Shown: positions 41,205 through 51,334 of the stretch, one piece after another | Layout: each line of letters begins with the position of its first letter | Position numbering within the stretch: the first letter of the stretch is position 1 | Origin: a bacterium | GTDB taxonomy: Archaea; Thermoplasmatota; Thermoplasmata; Thermoplasmatales; Thermoplasmataceae | Length of the DNA: 64,000 nucleotides | Direction: 5' to 3' | Assembly: GCA_027368075.1 (NCBI GenBank) | Contig: DAICSO010000002.1 | Location: forward strand, 10,620-74,619 | Translations under genes and position numbers: made by a program | Notes under the pieces: model-generated | Databases searched by the model: none | Seen by the model: only the letters and a program-made list of their open reading frames with translations | What the model was told of the DNA's origin: nothing

Positions 41205-41688
41205 CCTGAAAGTAAGAAGGATGAAGCCGGAAGACATGGAAAGCGTCATAGAGATGGTGAGAAGGCTCAAGAAGATCAACGAGGAATTTGATTCTTCCTT
41301 CATAGTGAGGGATGATATCAAAAACGAAGCAGAGAAGTATCTCACGGACACCATGAAGGAACCTGAAAAATATATTTTGCTTGTTTCGGAGTGGAAGAAG
41401 AAAGTCGTAGGGATAATAAAGGTGGATATACTCGAAAGAATCTGCTACGAGCCGAGACAGGAGGCAAGAATCGTCGAATTCTATGTAATGCCGGAATTCA
41501 GAAGGAAAAAGGTTGGCCATGCTCTCATGGATGAGGTAAGTTCAATACTTCGGAAAAGAGGGATTTCACTCATCTCAGCTGAGTTCCCATCGTTGAACCT
41601 TATAGCCCTTGGGTTCTACAAGAAAAATGGGTACAGAGACCTCGTAAGCATATATGGAAAGCAGATTCCAAACGAAAGCGAGCGGTAA
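41179..41688 (+). CDS. GNAT acetyltransferase, coupled to the malic enzyme gene
   Basis: YVMPEFRRKKVGHAL, N..ALGFYKKNGY. Confidence 0.85.
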   Translation: MEMIKVEDNLKVRRMKPEDMESVIEMVRRLKKINEEFDSSFIVRDDIKNEAEKYLTDTMKEPEKYILLVSEWKKKVVGIIKVDILERICYEPRQEARIVEFYVMPEFRRKKVGHALMDEVSSILRKRGISLISAEFPSLNLIALGFYKKNGYRDLVSIYGKQIPNESER

Positions 41689-41798
41689 CCACAAGTAGTG
41701 GTTTACTGCATATATTCTCTCTAATTACGAAAAATCGATCACCATCAGGCAAACAATAAGCAGAGAACATTATTATATGGCACTAATCATACTGAAAA

Positions 41799-42710
41799 GT
41801 GCAGCTACCTGATTTCCTTGATTCGGAACTTGTCATTTTGTGGGAGTCCAACAACCGCATCTGCCAGCTTTCGAGAAAATTCGGGATAAGGAGCAGTTGT
41901 GGCCTTTTTAAAGAAATGAATGGAGGGGAGATTGTTTATTACCTTCCCTCAGAACTTGATCAAGAGAGAGACGGGGCTGTTTTCTTGAAGGAATTTTCCG
42001 CCGAGAAACGGGGAAATATGTACATAGTGAGACGATCTCTCGAGGATGAAAACCTCTCTGGCGCATTCTTTGATTTCGTCTCTATCCCGTCGCTTGTACT
42101 TGTCTCCGCAATTCTTGACAATGGCACCTACAGGTTTGTCTTCGTGTTCCACAGTTCGGTTCTGGATTCTGTTTCATCTCACCTCCTGGAAATATCAGCC
42201 CATATCCCTCTGATGGTAGAATATCTGGGCAAGTCACGCGGACTGAGGCAGATATTGGGAAGAATTGATGAAAGCGTGCCCCTGCTTGTAATGAAATCGA
42301 CTGGTATCGCTCCTGACTTTGAAATCACGCCAGAACGCAATCCAATCGGAAACAGGTGGACCAGAATAATAAAAATAACTCCATCAGGAGAGAACATTTC
42401 TGCAGTATACTTCACCAGCGCAAAACCCGCGGCAAGTTCCGGGCTGATGGTACAGGATGGGATTTTCGAGGCTGACACCCGTAACCCAGTAACTGAAAAC
42501 CTGACACGGGAGGATCGCAAATACGGCATGATACATGTTATGAGAATTCATGACCTCAATAACCGCCTGCTTACTGTCATAAATATCTTTCCGGAAAGCT
42601 TTGGGAATATGCCCATAAAGCTCCTAGCTATGACTGCTTTAAAGTTCCCGGAATGGAGAATTCAGATTACAGGTTTCTGGAAATTCAGAGATAATCCAGA
42701 CTCTTTTTAG
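41799..42710 (+). CDS. Hypothetical protein, paralogue 1 of the ~300-aa 'FHSS/TxNPV' family
   Basis: Shares LDSE, EIVYY.P, FHSS...VS, YLGKSRGL, W.R, T.NPV and FPEW with three other ORFs in this window. Confidence 0.8.
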   Translation: MQLPDFLDSELVILWESNNRICQLSRKFGIRSSCGLFKEMNGGEIVYYLPSELDQERDGAVFLKEFSAEKRGNMYIVRRSLEDENLSGAFFDFVSIPSLVLVSAILDNGTYRFVFVFHSSVLDSVSSHLLEISAHIPLMVEYLGKSRGLRQILGRIDESVPLLVMKSTGIAPDFEITPERNPIGNRWTRIIKITPSGENISAVYFTSAKPAASSGLMVQDGIFEADTRNPVTENLTREDRKYGMIHVMRIHDLNNRLLTVINIFPESFGNMPIKLLAMTALKFPEWRIQITGFWKFRDNPDSF

Positions 42711-42799
42711 TTACGGACCCAGTTTTGAGCATGCAGTCGCCTCAAGTTCGAGGGGCTTTGCCTAAGAATCCTTATAAGTCTGATCTGTCTAGGTAGACC

Positions 42800-43204
42800 A
42801 TGGCACAGACAATAAATTCTCCAGAGATATTGAAGGCTGGGGCTTACTCACACGCAGTGATTTCCAATGGCCTTGTCTTTCTTTCCGGACAAACAGGCAA
42901 CACTGCCGGGATGAAATCATCATTTAGTGAACAGTTTCAGGGCGCAATGGAAAGGATTTCGAATATCCTGAAACTGAGCGAATCATCCCTGGATTCAGTG
43001 GTAAAATGCAATGTGTATCTCGCCAATTCCAGCGATTTTCAGAAAATGAATGAACTGTACGCAAAATATTTCACGAAGAATCAGCCAGCCAGGACCACCA
43101 TCGTCACTGGATTTCCCTCCCCTGAAGTGCTGGTTGAAATTGATGTTGTCGCGGAATTATCTAAACAGAAAACAACTGCTTCAAGCCAGTGGCCATTCTC
43201 CTGA
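42800..43204 (+). CDS. RidA/YjgF/UK114 enamine deaminase
   Basis: YSHAV, FLSGQ, VVKCNVYL, FQKMNELY, PART, VEIDVVA. Confidence 0.92.
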   Translation: MAQTINSPEILKAGAYSHAVISNGLVFLSGQTGNTAGMKSSFSEQFQGAMERISNILKLSESSLDSVVKCNVYLANSSDFQKMNELYAKYFTKNQPARTTIVTGFPSPEVLVEIDVVAELSKQKTTASSQWPFS

Positions 43205-43320
43205 ACTACAAACCTTAGCATTGCTGCATCTGTGGCAAGCAAATCTGCTGGCGCAATCTGCCAACCGTTTTTTTCAATGGCTTCACGTTTTTCCGGGTGC
43301 GAGACACTAATCTGCGACGT

Positions 43321-43470
43321 ACACATATTGAATAAATTGTGCCAGAAGCCAGTGCAGAACAGCGCATTGTGAATCCTGTCCTCTCTCTTCTGAGGGATAT
43401 TTCACCCAAGCATCTTCTCGTCGGTTGCAAACCCAGATTCCGAATTGCTTTGCTGGTGGTATTGTTTCAG
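43321..43470 (-). pseudogene. C-terminal remnant of a second DDE transposase (ISNCY/IS5-like)
   Basis: Manual translation: LKQYHQQSNSESGFATDEKMLG*NIPQKREDRIHNALFCTGFWHNLFNM. Resembles the Y..R...ES.F...K...G and terminal HN motifs of archaeal DDE transposases; has an in-frame TGA. Confidence 0.6.
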
Positions 43471-44440
43471 GCAGCGAGGATTCAAGGTACGCTCACCGAC
43501 TCCATGGCATTCTCCTGGTTGCGAACGGATACAGTCCATATTCCGTCTCGGAAATGCTGGGAGATAGCTCGAGGAGCATAGAGAACTGGGTGAATTCCTA
43601 CAGGAATATGGGCTTCAATGGCCTCATGGAATCTGACCACCCCGGGAGGCCTTCCAGAATATCAGGCGTGATGGAAAGCATAGGCGAGGACCTGGGAAGG
43701 AATCCTGGCGTTTTGGGGTATTCCCGGAACATGTGGGACGGCAAGCTCCTGATCCACCACCTCCATGCAAAGTATGGTATCGACATGGGCGCAAGACAGT
43801 GCCAGCGGATATTCCGTAAACTTGGATTCAGGATCGGGAAACCGAGGCCGGTCATAGCAAAGGCGGACGAGGAGAAGAAGGACAATTTTAAAAAAACTAT
43901 GGAAAACGGTGCATGATGATGCCAGGATCATGTTCATGGATGAGTACCACTTCTACCATCATGGCACCAGGATCAGGATGTTGTTCCCTCCGGAGGATCG
44001 TGATCCAGTGGTGTACCAGGAACCCAACCGCAAGGGAATCACTGTTTTAGGTGCAGTAAGCCCGTACAGCGGAATGCTGCTCACATCCCTCACAGACAGG
44101 TACAATGCACTCACGTTCCTGGGGAGTTCCTCTCGTTTGCTCACAGGGCATTCCCGGACAGCATATTTGTGCTGGACAACGCTCTCTATCATCAATGCAG
44201 GCGTGATAAACGACTATGCCAGCCTGACAGGCATAAGGCTCTTCTTTCTGCCACCATATTCGCCGGATCTAAATTCAATAGAGCGGGTGTGGAAGTTCAT
44301 AAGGAAGAAGGCGACCCATAACGTGTATTTCGCATCACTTGAGGATATGAAAAACGCACTGCTCAGGCAGTTCAATATGCACAGAAAAAAGAGCCGGGAG
44401 ATCAAGCAATTATGCGCAATAAATTAAGTCGCTATGCATA
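43470..44440 (+). mobile_element. Degraded, 5'-truncated IS630-family element (orfA HTH + orfB DDE)
   Basis: orfA has RYAHRLHGILL, W...Y...G..GL....PGRP, W....L, LGF...KPRP. orfB has FMDE, LPPYSPDLNSIERVW. A TTTTAAAAAAA run lies at the A/B junction. No left inverted repeat found. Confidence 0.88.
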
Positions 44441-44543
44441 GTAATGATTGCTATTGCTTTACCAGTGATGGGAAACACAAGGCGTGAACTTGGAAAGAAA
44501 TAATAGTTTCCTAAAACCAAAGTAAATGCATAAAGCGAGTTAG

Positions 44544-44616
44544 TGAGCCCGCCGGGATTCGAACCCGGATCATAGGCTCCGGAGGCCTATATGATAATCC
44601 GTTACACTACGGGCCC
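44544..44616 (-). tRNA. tRNA-Arg(CCG)
   Basis: GGGCCCG acceptor stem, TAGGC-CT-CCG-GA-GCCTA anticodon arm, GGTTCGAATCC. Confidence 0.95.
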
Positions 44617-45104
44617 TATTTCTTGTAGTTTATCTCCCTCAGGAATTTTCTCCTTGTATTTTTATCATTCTCATTCTCAACCCCAACCGGGGAGAACCCA
44701 TCTATCACACCGATAATCCCGTTTCCTCTTGCTCCCTTTGCCACAATCACTTCAAGAGGGTTTGAAGTTGCCGCAAATATGCTGCCTACCTCCTGGCACC
44801 CCTTGATTGCGTTCAAGACGTTTATCGGATAAAGGTTCTTCAATATGATCAAGAAAGTATGACCGGCTGCAATACGCATTATATTATCAACCGCTATCTT
44901 CTCAAGTTTCTCGTCAGTTCCATCGTATCTTGCCAGCTTATCCCCGGAAGCTTCTGAGAAAGCCAGCCCAAATTTTGCGCCAGGTACTGCAGTTGAGATG
45001 ATTTCTGTCAGGTCCTCAACCGTTTTTATGAAATGTGAGTATCCCAGTATAACGTTTGTCCCCTCGGGAAACTCCAGCGGGACTGAGTAGATTTCCAGCG
45101 TCAT
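44616..45104 (-). CDS. Adenosine-specific kinase (COG1839/DUF355)
   Basis: NVILGYSHFIKTVEDL, FSEASG, AGHTF, PINVLN.IK...EV..IFAATSNP, GVIDG. Start ATG 45104. Confidence 0.88.
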   Translation of the reverse strand: MTLEIYSVPLEFPEGTNVILGYSHFIKTVEDLTEIISTAVPGAKFGLAFSEASGDKLARYDGTDEKLEKIAVDNIMRIAAGHTFLIILKNLYPINVLNAIKGCQEVGSIFAATSNPLEVIVAKGARGNGIIGVIDGFSPVGVENENDKNTRRKFLREINYKK

Positions 45105-45183
45105 AGGGAGACATATTAGAAGAAGATTATAACGTTGTGCACCTGCTTCCAAAACGTTAAATTCTCAGAGTAATGGTGTTTAC

Positions 45184-46722
45184 GTGGATTTCTATGAAGT
45201 CATAGGGGAGAAGATTAAATCCGGACGGGTCCGAAACAAGAAGGATTTGCAGAACCTGAAGATCAGACTCGCAAAGGAGTTGTCGCTTGACTTCATACCC
45301 AGCGATGTTGAAATCCTTAATTCAGGCAACTTCTCTGAAGTGGAGAAAGACCTGCTGCGCATAAAGAACACCAGAACAATATCCGGAGTTGCGGTCGTTG
45401 CGGCAATGACCTCACCAGACAATTGCCCTCATGGCAAATGCATTTACTGCCCGGGAGGAGTGGACAATAACTCACCGCAGTCCTATACGGGACATGAACC
45501 GGCTGCGCTCAGGGGAAGAAACAACAATTACGATCCATATAACCAGGTTTTCAACCGCGTAAAGCAACTGGATCTCATTGGACATGACACGACAAAAATA
45601 GACCTGATAATTATGGGTGGGACTTTCACTGCAAGGGAAGATGCATACCAGACAAGTTTCATCAAGGGTTGCGTCGATGCCATGAATGGCACAATCGGCA
45701 GGAGCCTTGAAGAGTCCATTCTTGCCAACGAAAGTGCTGGAAAGAGATGCGTAGGCCTCACTGTGGAAACAAAACCGGACTGGTTCTTTGAGCGCGAGAT
45801 AGACGCCGCCCTGAACTATGGTACAACTAAAGTTGAGCTGGGTGTACAGAACCTGTCGGAACGCATTCTTAAAATTAACATGCGCGGGCACACACTCGAT
45901 GATATACGGAGGTCAACGCAGTTGTCCCGGGATGCTGGATTGAAAATCGTATACCATATTATGCCAGGTATGTACGGATCCAGTTATGATGATGACATTA
46001 AGAGTTTTGACCTGATGCTGAATGACCCGGCTTTCAAACCTGACATGCTGAAAATTTATCCGACCCTGGTCACAAAGGGGACACCACTTTACAGGCTGTG
46101 GAAACTCGGAAGATATGCTCCACTTGATACAGGAACCGCAGTGGATCTGATATCCTATCTTATGGAAAGGATGCCCCCCTGGATCAGGGTACAGAGGATG
46201 CAACGCGACATTCCAGTGAAATTTATAGAAGCAGGCGTAAAGCGAAGCGATATCAGGAACCTTGTGTCAGCCGAACTTGAGAGAAGAGGCGTTAGGAGCA
46301 TGGAAATCCGTGGAAGGGAAGTAGCAGGTGAGCTTTTCTCCAGCGATTTCAAACTGAAAAGAGTGAGATATGATGCAGCCGGAGGAATTGAGCACTTTCT
46401 ATCCTATGAAGATGCGGATGAAAGGATAATCGGTTTCGTCCGCCTGAGGATACCCTCAGAATATGCCCACAGGAAAGAAATGGCAAATTCTTCAATTATA
46501 AGGGAACTCAAAATATTTGGAAATGTTGTCCCGGTGGGCAGGCATGATATGAATGGATGGCAACACAGGGGACTTGGTTCCGAACTTCTTAACGAAGCTG
46601 AAAAGATAAGCTCCGACTGTGGCATGAACAGAATGCTTGTAATCAGTGGAATTGGTGTGAGAAACTATTTCAGGAAGCTGGGTTACGAACGTGTGGGTCC
46701 TTACATGGGCAAGACCATCTAA
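45184..46722 (+). CDS. elp3: Elp3 tRNA U34 carboxymethyltransferase (radical SAM + KAT)
   Basis: RTISGVAVVA, CPHGKCIYCPGG, QSYTG.EP, ETKPD, ELGVQ, KIYPTLV, QHRGLG, VISGIGVRNY. Confidence 0.95.
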   Translation: MDFYEVIGEKIKSGRVRNKKDLQNLKIRLAKELSLDFIPSDVEILNSGNFSEVEKDLLRIKNTRTISGVAVVAAMTSPDNCPHGKCIYCPGGVDNNSPQSYTGHEPAALRGRNNNYDPYNQVFNRVKQLDLIGHDTTKIDLIIMGGTFTAREDAYQTSFIKGCVDAMNGTIGRSLEESILANESAGKRCVGLTVETKPDWFFEREIDAALNYGTTKVELGVQNLSERILKINMRGHTLDDIRRSTQLSRDAGLKIVYHIMPGMYGSSYDDDIKSFDLMLNDPAFKPDMLKIYPTLVTKGTPLYRLWKLGRYAPLDTGTAVDLISYLMERMPPWIRVQRMQRDIPVKFIEAGVKRSDIRNLVSAELERRGVRSMEIRGREVAGELFSSDFKLKRVRYDAAGGIEHFLSYEDADERIIGFVRLRIPSEYAHRKEMANSSIIRELKIFGNVVPVGRHDMNGWQHRGLGSELLNEAEKISSDCGMNRMLVISGIGVRNYFRKLGYERVGPYMGKTI

Positions 46723-46840
46723 AAAGGAGACTAAGACATCCTGCCTGATAAACAGAAATGACCAAAGAGTGCACAAAGTTCCGTGCTGGCTTGATTAAGT
46801 TGAACAATACTTTTATATTCCATTGCATTGACGATCTGCG

Positions 46841-46930
46841 ATGCTTGCAGTCTATGTCATTCTAGGGCTGGTGCTTCTATTTACAGCCATATACCTGCTT
46901 TATACCATAATTGGAGCTGAGAAATTTTGA
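46841..46930 (+). CDS. kdpF: K+-transporting ATPase subunit F (29 aa)
   Basis: MLAVYVILGLVLLFTAIYLLYTIIGAEKF*: single TM helix with YL.Y.....EKF end. The stop overlaps the kdpA TTG start; TTTTATAT box at 46811-46818. Not in the ORF track. Confidence 0.88.
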   Translation: MLAVYVILGLVLLFTAIYLLYTIIGAEKF

Positions 46931-48705
46931 GTTATGATCCCTTTGGCATCTCAGCCCTGTCCGGATATGGCAACTCTTTCTGGCAGGTAAACAGAGTTGC
47001 ATCCGGAGTAGTAATCATACTTATCTACCTTGCAATCGTGATCATATTCGGGGTGATAATCTCCGGCTTCATCTCTAAGATATACAGAGACCAGGACAAC
47101 TGGCTCACTCCCATCTCGGGACGGATAGTGAACTTTTTCGAGAAGATCATCGGCGAGGGGTCTGAAAGACAGATGAAATTCCGCGAGTATTTTCTTACCT
47201 TGCTATTTTTCAACGCCGCTGCCGGTGTGATATCGTTTATTTTCATTTTTTACCAGAGAGATTTCCCCTTTGCGTTTGCAAACAATCACATGACAGCCAG
47301 CCTCACCTTCAACACCGTAAGCAGCTTCATCACCAACACCAATCTCCAGCATTACTCAAACCCTTTCGACCTTTCATACCTGAGCCAGACATTCGTAATA
47401 ACCGGCCTTATGTTCCTATCTGCCGGGACAGGCTTTGCCGCTTCTATGGCATTCATAAGGGGAATTCTGCAGGACAAGGGGACTATTGGAAACTTCTACC
47501 ACGACTTTCTGGTCTCAATATTCTACCTTATACTGCCCCTCACCCTTCTGGTAACTGTTATACTGATAGTAAGCGGAATTCCGGAAACAACTCTGTCCTA
47601 CATCAGTGTGCAGCCCGTATTTTCCTCAGTTACATATAAGGTACCGCTCGGATCTGTTGCAACTCTTGAAGCTATCAAGAACATCGGTACAAACGGTGGA
47701 GGATTTTATGGGGCGAACGCCGCGTTCCCATTTGAGAATCCGAACTGGTTCACAAACATTACGGAGTTTACCTCTTTCCTTCTCATCCCACTTGGTTCTA
47801 TAATAGCGCTTGGCAAGGTTTTCAGCGATCGCCGGTTCATGGTCATGCTTGTTTCTGTCCTGATGGTTTTCTTTGTTTTTACCGCATTTCTCACTTTCTA
47901 CGGTGAAATAACCGGAATACCATCCCTATCCACGCTTGGCGTCATCTACAACGGGAACATGGTTGGAAAGGAAACTTCCATAGGCATCGCAGGTTCTTCC
48001 ATTTTCAGCATTGGGGCTACCATCACATCCACCGGCGCAGCCAATGCAATGCTGGCAGCATATTCGCCGGCTGGACTGCTGGGAAACCTTGTCAACCTAC
48101 TGATAAATGACCCAGTAGGCGGTATAGGTACGGGTGTCCTTAATATTTTTACCTCTGTGATTTTTACAGTGTTCATTGCATCCCTCATGGTAGGAAAGCT
48201 TCCCGAACTGATGAGCATTAAAATAGGATCGAAGGAGATCAAGTATTCCACGCTCTCGCTTATTACCCATCCCCTTTTGATAATAATTCCGCTGGGCATC
48301 ACCCTCATGATCCCAAGCATAATGGCTTCATTTCCGAATCCGAAACCAGATGCCATCACAGAGCTCCTTTACGAGTTTGCGACTTCCGCCTCAAACAACG
48401 GTTCTGAGGTCGGCGGATTCCTTACAAACCAGCTTTACTTCAACGTGCTGGACGGCATAATTATGATCCTTGGAAGATACGTGATCATGGGGTTCCAGCT
48501 GAAGATAGCCGATCTCTTTTCAAACAAGAAGCCGAAGGTGGAGATGGGGAAGAGCATTGATACGGGGTCGTTCTACTTCGGACTCATGCTCCTTGGTGTA
48601 ATGATACTTGTTGGCCTGCTTTCTTTCTTTCCGATCCTCGCCCTGGGACCCATACTTTCGTGGGCTAAGGCCTTTGAGCAGTCAATCTGGATGGTGATTC
48701 GTTGA
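46927..48705 (+). CDS. kdpA: K+-transporting ATPase subunit A
   Basis: SFITNTNLQHY, KNIGTNGGGF, PFENP, TSTGA, SNNGS filter motifs. Confidence 0.96.
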   Translation: MSYDPFGISALSGYGNSFWQVNRVASGVVIILIYLAIVIIFGVIISGFISKIYRDQDNWLTPISGRIVNFFEKIIGEGSERQMKFREYFLTLLFFNAAAGVISFIFIFYQRDFPFAFANNHMTASLTFNTVSSFITNTNLQHYSNPFDLSYLSQTFVITGLMFLSAGTGFAASMAFIRGILQDKGTIGNFYHDFLVSIFYLILPLTLLVTVILIVSGIPETTLSYISVQPVFSSVTYKVPLGSVATLEAIKNIGTNGGGFYGANAAFPFENPNWFTNITEFTSFLLIPLGSIIALGKVFSDRRFMVMLVSVLMVFFVFTAFLTFYGEITGIPSLSTLGVIYNGNMVGKETSIGIAGSSIFSIGATITSTGAANAMLAAYSPAGLLGNLVNLLINDPVGGIGTGVLNIFTSVIFTVFIASLMVGKLPELMSIKIGSKEIKYSTLSLITHPLLIIIPLGITLMIPSIMASFPNPKPDAITELLYEFATSASNNGSEVGGFLTNQLYFNVLDGIIMILGRYVIMGFQLKIADLFSNKKPKVEMGKSIDTGSFYFGLMLLGVMILVGLLSFFPILALGPILSWAKAFEQSIWMVIR

Positions 48706-50693
48706 AAGGATATGTGGCAGTCATTAAGGGGACTATGGAGAAATTCAGGCCGGATTTCCAGATGAAGAATCCGGTCATGTTTGTGACCGAAATTGCCTTC
48801 ATAATCTCAATCTTTGTAATGTTTTTCCCTTCATATTTTGATGCTCCCTCGACGGTAGTATATATCAACTTCTACCTTGCAGTGGCGATATTGCTCTTCC
48901 TGACCCTGCTCTTTTCAAACCTCAGTACAACCCTGTCCGAGGAACAGAGCAAAACAATCACTGCCTCCCTGAAAAAAATGAAGACGGAAACAATTGCCAC
49001 CCGGCTCATTGACAGTGGAAAAGAGACCGTCCCATCGGATCAGCTGAAATCCGGCGACATGGTGATAGTAAGTGCAGGTGAGGTTATTCCCGGAGATGGC
49101 GAGGTTGTTTCCGGATCTGGCTATGTTAACGAATCCAACGTAACAGGAGAATCCAGGCCTGTCCGTAAGATACAGGGAGACAGCGTTACAGGGTCCACGA
49201 CCCTGCAGACAGATGAACTTGTAATCAGGATCACCGCAAACCCGGGAGAAACTTATATAGACAAGATGATCGAGATAGTTGAAGCGGCCGTCAGGGAAAA
49301 GACACCGAACGAAATTGCCCTATCCACCCTCTTATCGGGCCTGACCCTTATATTCCTCATAGTCACCGCCTCAATATTCGCATTATCTGATTTCCTTGGT
49401 TTCACGTCCAACACGGACATATTGATAGTCTTGCTAATTGCGCTCATCCCTACCACTATTGGAGGTTTGATGCCAGCAATTGGCATTGCGGCGGTAAACA
49501 AGATATCACAATTCAACGTCATATCCAAATCCGGCAGGGCTGTGGAAAATGCCGGAGACGTTGACACTATTATTCTGGACAAGACCGGCACAGTCACCAT
49601 GGGTGACAGGGAAGCCATCCGGTTTTATCCAAACTCCGGTGTGCAGGAAACGGATTTTATAAAGTACTGTGCAATGGCTTCCATGCAGGACAATACAATG
49701 GAAGGGATGTCCATTGTGAAACTGGCCAGGGAAAAGGGAGCCGAAGTTTCTGATTCTGATATAACTGGGTTTGAATTCCTGCCGTTCTCCGCAGATACAA
49801 GGTTCAGCGGAATTAAGGGGAAAGATACATACATCTACAAGGGTGCGCTTTCAACAATGATCAAGAATCACAAGCTCAGCGATACTTTTATAGTCGCACT
49901 CTGCAAGGAAATATCGCTTAGGGGTGGTACTGCATTGCCTGTCGTCAAGGACGGTAAATTTGTGGGCGTCATTGAGCTTAACGACACCCTGAAGCCAGGG
50001 ATAAAACAGCGTCTGGATCTCCTTAAGAAGATGAATATAAAAACCATAATGTGCACAGGTGATGACGAGGTCACTGCATCGTATTTCTCGAACCTCAGCG
50101 GGATCGACGAATATGTTGCCAATAGCACCCCAGTGGACAAATTCAACGTGGTGATATCTGAGAAGGCAAAGCAGAGGATGGTGGCAATGGTCGGTGACGG
50201 AACCAATGATGCTCCAGCTCTGGCAAAGGCTGACGTTGGAATGGCCATGAATAAGGGAACCGCGCCAGCCAAGGATGCAGCTAACATGATTGACCTGGAT
50301 TCCGATCCTACAAAGCTGATGGATGTTATATTCATAGGCAAGCAGATACTGATCACGAGAGGCGCACTGACGTCATTCAGCATAGCAAACGATGTGTCAA
50401 AGTATTTCGTCATCATACCCGCCATGTTCTATTTCATTCCAGCACTCGGAGCACTGAACATACTTGGACTTGAGAATCCCCTGACGGCGATAACATCCGC
50501 ACTGATCTTCAACACCATCATCATACCCCTTTTGGTGCCGATGGCAATCAGGGGCGTCAAATACAGACCGTCCAGCATAGCAGCGCTCTTCAGGAGAAAC
50601 ATACTCATATATGGAGTCGGCGGAATTATTGTTCCATTTTTAGCCATAAAAGTTATTTACGTATTGCTATCGATTCTGGGGGTGGGATGGTGA
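48702..50693 (+). CDS. kdpB: K+-transporting P-type ATPase subunit B
   Basis: KNPVMF, TGES, KTPNEIAL, LIPTTIGG, DKTGT, GDGTNDAPAL, TSFSIANDVSKYF. Confidence 0.97.
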   Translation: MKGYVAVIKGTMEKFRPDFQMKNPVMFVTEIAFIISIFVMFFPSYFDAPSTVVYINFYLAVAILLFLTLLFSNLSTTLSEEQSKTITASLKKMKTETIATRLIDSGKETVPSDQLKSGDMVIVSAGEVIPGDGEVVSGSGYVNESNVTGESRPVRKIQGDSVTGSTTLQTDELVIRITANPGETYIDKMIEIVEAAVREKTPNEIALSTLLSGLTLIFLIVTASIFALSDFLGFTSNTDILIVLLIALIPTTIGGLMPAIGIAAVNKISQFNVISKSGRAVENAGDVDTIILDKTGTVTMGDREAIRFYPNSGVQETDFIKYCAMASMQDNTMEGMSIVKLAREKGAEVSDSDITGFEFLPFSADTRFSGIKGKDTYIYKGALSTMIKNHKLSDTFIVALCKEISLRGGTALPVVKDGKFVGVIELNDTLKPGIKQRLDLLKKMNIKTIMCTGDDEVTASYFSNLSGIDEYVANSTPVDKFNVVISEKAKQRMVAMVGDGTNDAPALAKADVGMAMNKGTAPAKDAANMIDLDSDPTKLMDVIFIGKQILITRGALTSFSIANDVSKYFVIIPAMFYFIPALGALNILGLENPLTAITSALIFNTIIIPLLVPMAIRGVKYRPSSIAALFRRNILIYGVGGIIVPFLAIKVIYVLLSILGVGW

Positions 50694-51334
50694 AAAATAA
50701 TTCATTCGGAAAAATGATAATGAAGACGACCGCGCTGGCGATTATTGCAATGTTCCTTCTCGGCTTTGCATTTCCGACCATAACCGCCTTGATAACACAG
50801 GAGATTGATCCAAATTCTGCGACTGGATCCCCTGTAAAAATAGACGGAAAGGTATACGGATCATACCTGCTTGCTGAGGCTTTCAACTCAACAATATTCT
50901 TTCAGGCCAGGCCATCTGGCATTGGTTTCAACCTGTCTGAGTCAGGTGGCCCTTCCTACTCCATAGACAGCAGCCAGCTCCTTAACCAGACAAAAACCTA
51001 CCTGAAGGACTTCGAGCATGAGAACAACCTGTCCAACGCCTCGCAGATTCCTGAAGCAATGGTCGCGTACTCAGGATCAGGACTTGATCCAAACATTCCG
51101 CTACAGGGCGCAATAGACCAGATCAACAGGATTGCGGCGAACCTTTCAGTTTTCACGAAAGGCAACTTTTCCTATGCTGATGCACAGAACTTCGTGGCTA
51201 ACATCACTGCCTCGGATATAATGTATAATTTTCCAATTTTCGGGTCACCGTATGTGAACATCGTTACGCTGAACTTCGAAATTATAAACAAGCTTATGCA
51301 AGGCGGTTTTGTGCAACCGTCATTTCTTGATTAG
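50687..51334 (+). CDS. kdpC: K+-transporting ATPase subunit C
   Basis: N-terminal TM helix, GS.LL, F..RPS, SGSGLDP.I, YVN.V.LN. Confidence 0.93.
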   Translation: MVKNNSFGKMIMKTTALAIIAMFLLGFAFPTITALITQEIDPNSATGSPVKIDGKVYGSYLLAEAFNSTIFFQARPSGIGFNLSESGGPSYSIDSSQLLNQTKTYLKDFEHENNLSNASQIPEAMVAYSGSGLDPNIPLQGAIDQINRIAANLSVFTKGNFSYADAQNFVANITASDIMYNFPIFGSPYVNIVTLNFEIINKLMQGGFVQPSFLD

